64,000 nucleotides of DNA from the human T2T-CHM13v2.0 reference genome, Homo sapiens: NCBI RefSeq assembly GCF_009914755.1, contig NC_060936.1. One strand, written 5' to 3'. The position numbers and the translations under genes are program-made. The notes under the pieces were generated by a model. The model saw only the letters and a list, made by a program, of their open reading frames with translations, did no database searches and was not told the origin of the DNA. This document shows, piece by piece, positions 63,326 to 64,000 of the stretch (within the stretch, counting starts at the first letter, position 1; each line of letters opens with the position of its first letter).

Positions 63326-64000
63326 TTTTTTTTTTTTTTTTTGCACATCACTCCTTTATTATACTGATATGGAAAAAGGATTTAGTACAGTTATGCTCAG
63401 ATGAACACTGGACCCATGTGGCAGGGTCAAGCAACTAGAACATGATTCAGAAATCAGTGAAAGATACACTTGGACAGGACCAAGAGGCATTTCACTGCCA
63501 TGAAACAAGGCAGGAAGGGATTCTAATACACACACCAGGAAGCACTCCTGCCCCTCAGAGGTCAAGGAGCTGATCCTATATTGGTATGAGGAATGGCTTA
63601 TTTTCTGATGACCACATGTGGGACTATTTCAACCGCCACAAGAAACCCCAGAAGGGTTATTGTTTTGTATTATTTATATATACTATACTTTTTTAATAAA
63701 AGTAAATTAACACATAACGAAATTCAGGATTGATCCCAACCTAGAGCCAGATCCTCTGGGGTCAGGGAGGAAACAGTTGTCACATCACCACGCAGGTTAC
63801 ATTCGTCTTCCACTGGAATGACTAGAGCCCCCAGGCAGTAGGCAGTGGCCTGACTGCAGAAGAGCAGAGGACAGACTCCGCTCATGGGGACAGACAGGCT
63901 CTGTTGCTTCTCCTCACTGGTCATGGCTTAGCATGGTTCCTCCCCAAAGTCCTTAGTAAACAAAGCACTCGCAAAAACCCAAGTCACTACTTTTAAACTC
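63326..64000 (-). pseudogene. 3' end (UTR plus poly(A)) of a probable processed retrocopy; continues beyond the window
   Basis: T17 at 63326-63342; TTTATT (AATAAA on -) at 63355-63360, 12 nt from the tail; second ATTAAA on - at 63692-63697; non-repeat UTR-like sequence; abuts an interrupted MIR. Parent gene not recognised. Confidence 0.75.

Overview
Primate (most likely human or great-ape) non-coding genomic DNA, dominated by interspersed repeats: about 33 Alu elements or fragments, about 10 MaLR (THE1/MST) LTRs including one internally deleted THE1 provirus, other ERV LTRs, old L1M/L2/MIR fragments and hAT/Tigger fossils. I cannot support any intact protein-coding gene, tRNA, rRNA or CRISPR array. 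Most supplied ORFs are Alu-, LTR- or microsatellite-derived, or chance frames. Non-repeat signals are: a probable poly(A) site of an upstream + strand gene (~176-200); an orphan CpG-rich island at ~14.6-15.3 kb, part of which is duplicated 2.1 kb away with CpG decay only in the copy; a candidate 39-nt exon at 27.5 kb; a ~1.8 kb repeat-free, coding-like but broken stretch on the - strand at 61.2-63.0 kb; and the 3' end of a probable processed retrocopy (- strand) at the right edge. I found no convincing novel multi-gene system. Repeat family names come from recalled consensus sequences and need RepeatMasker/Dfam confirmation; I could not name any gene.
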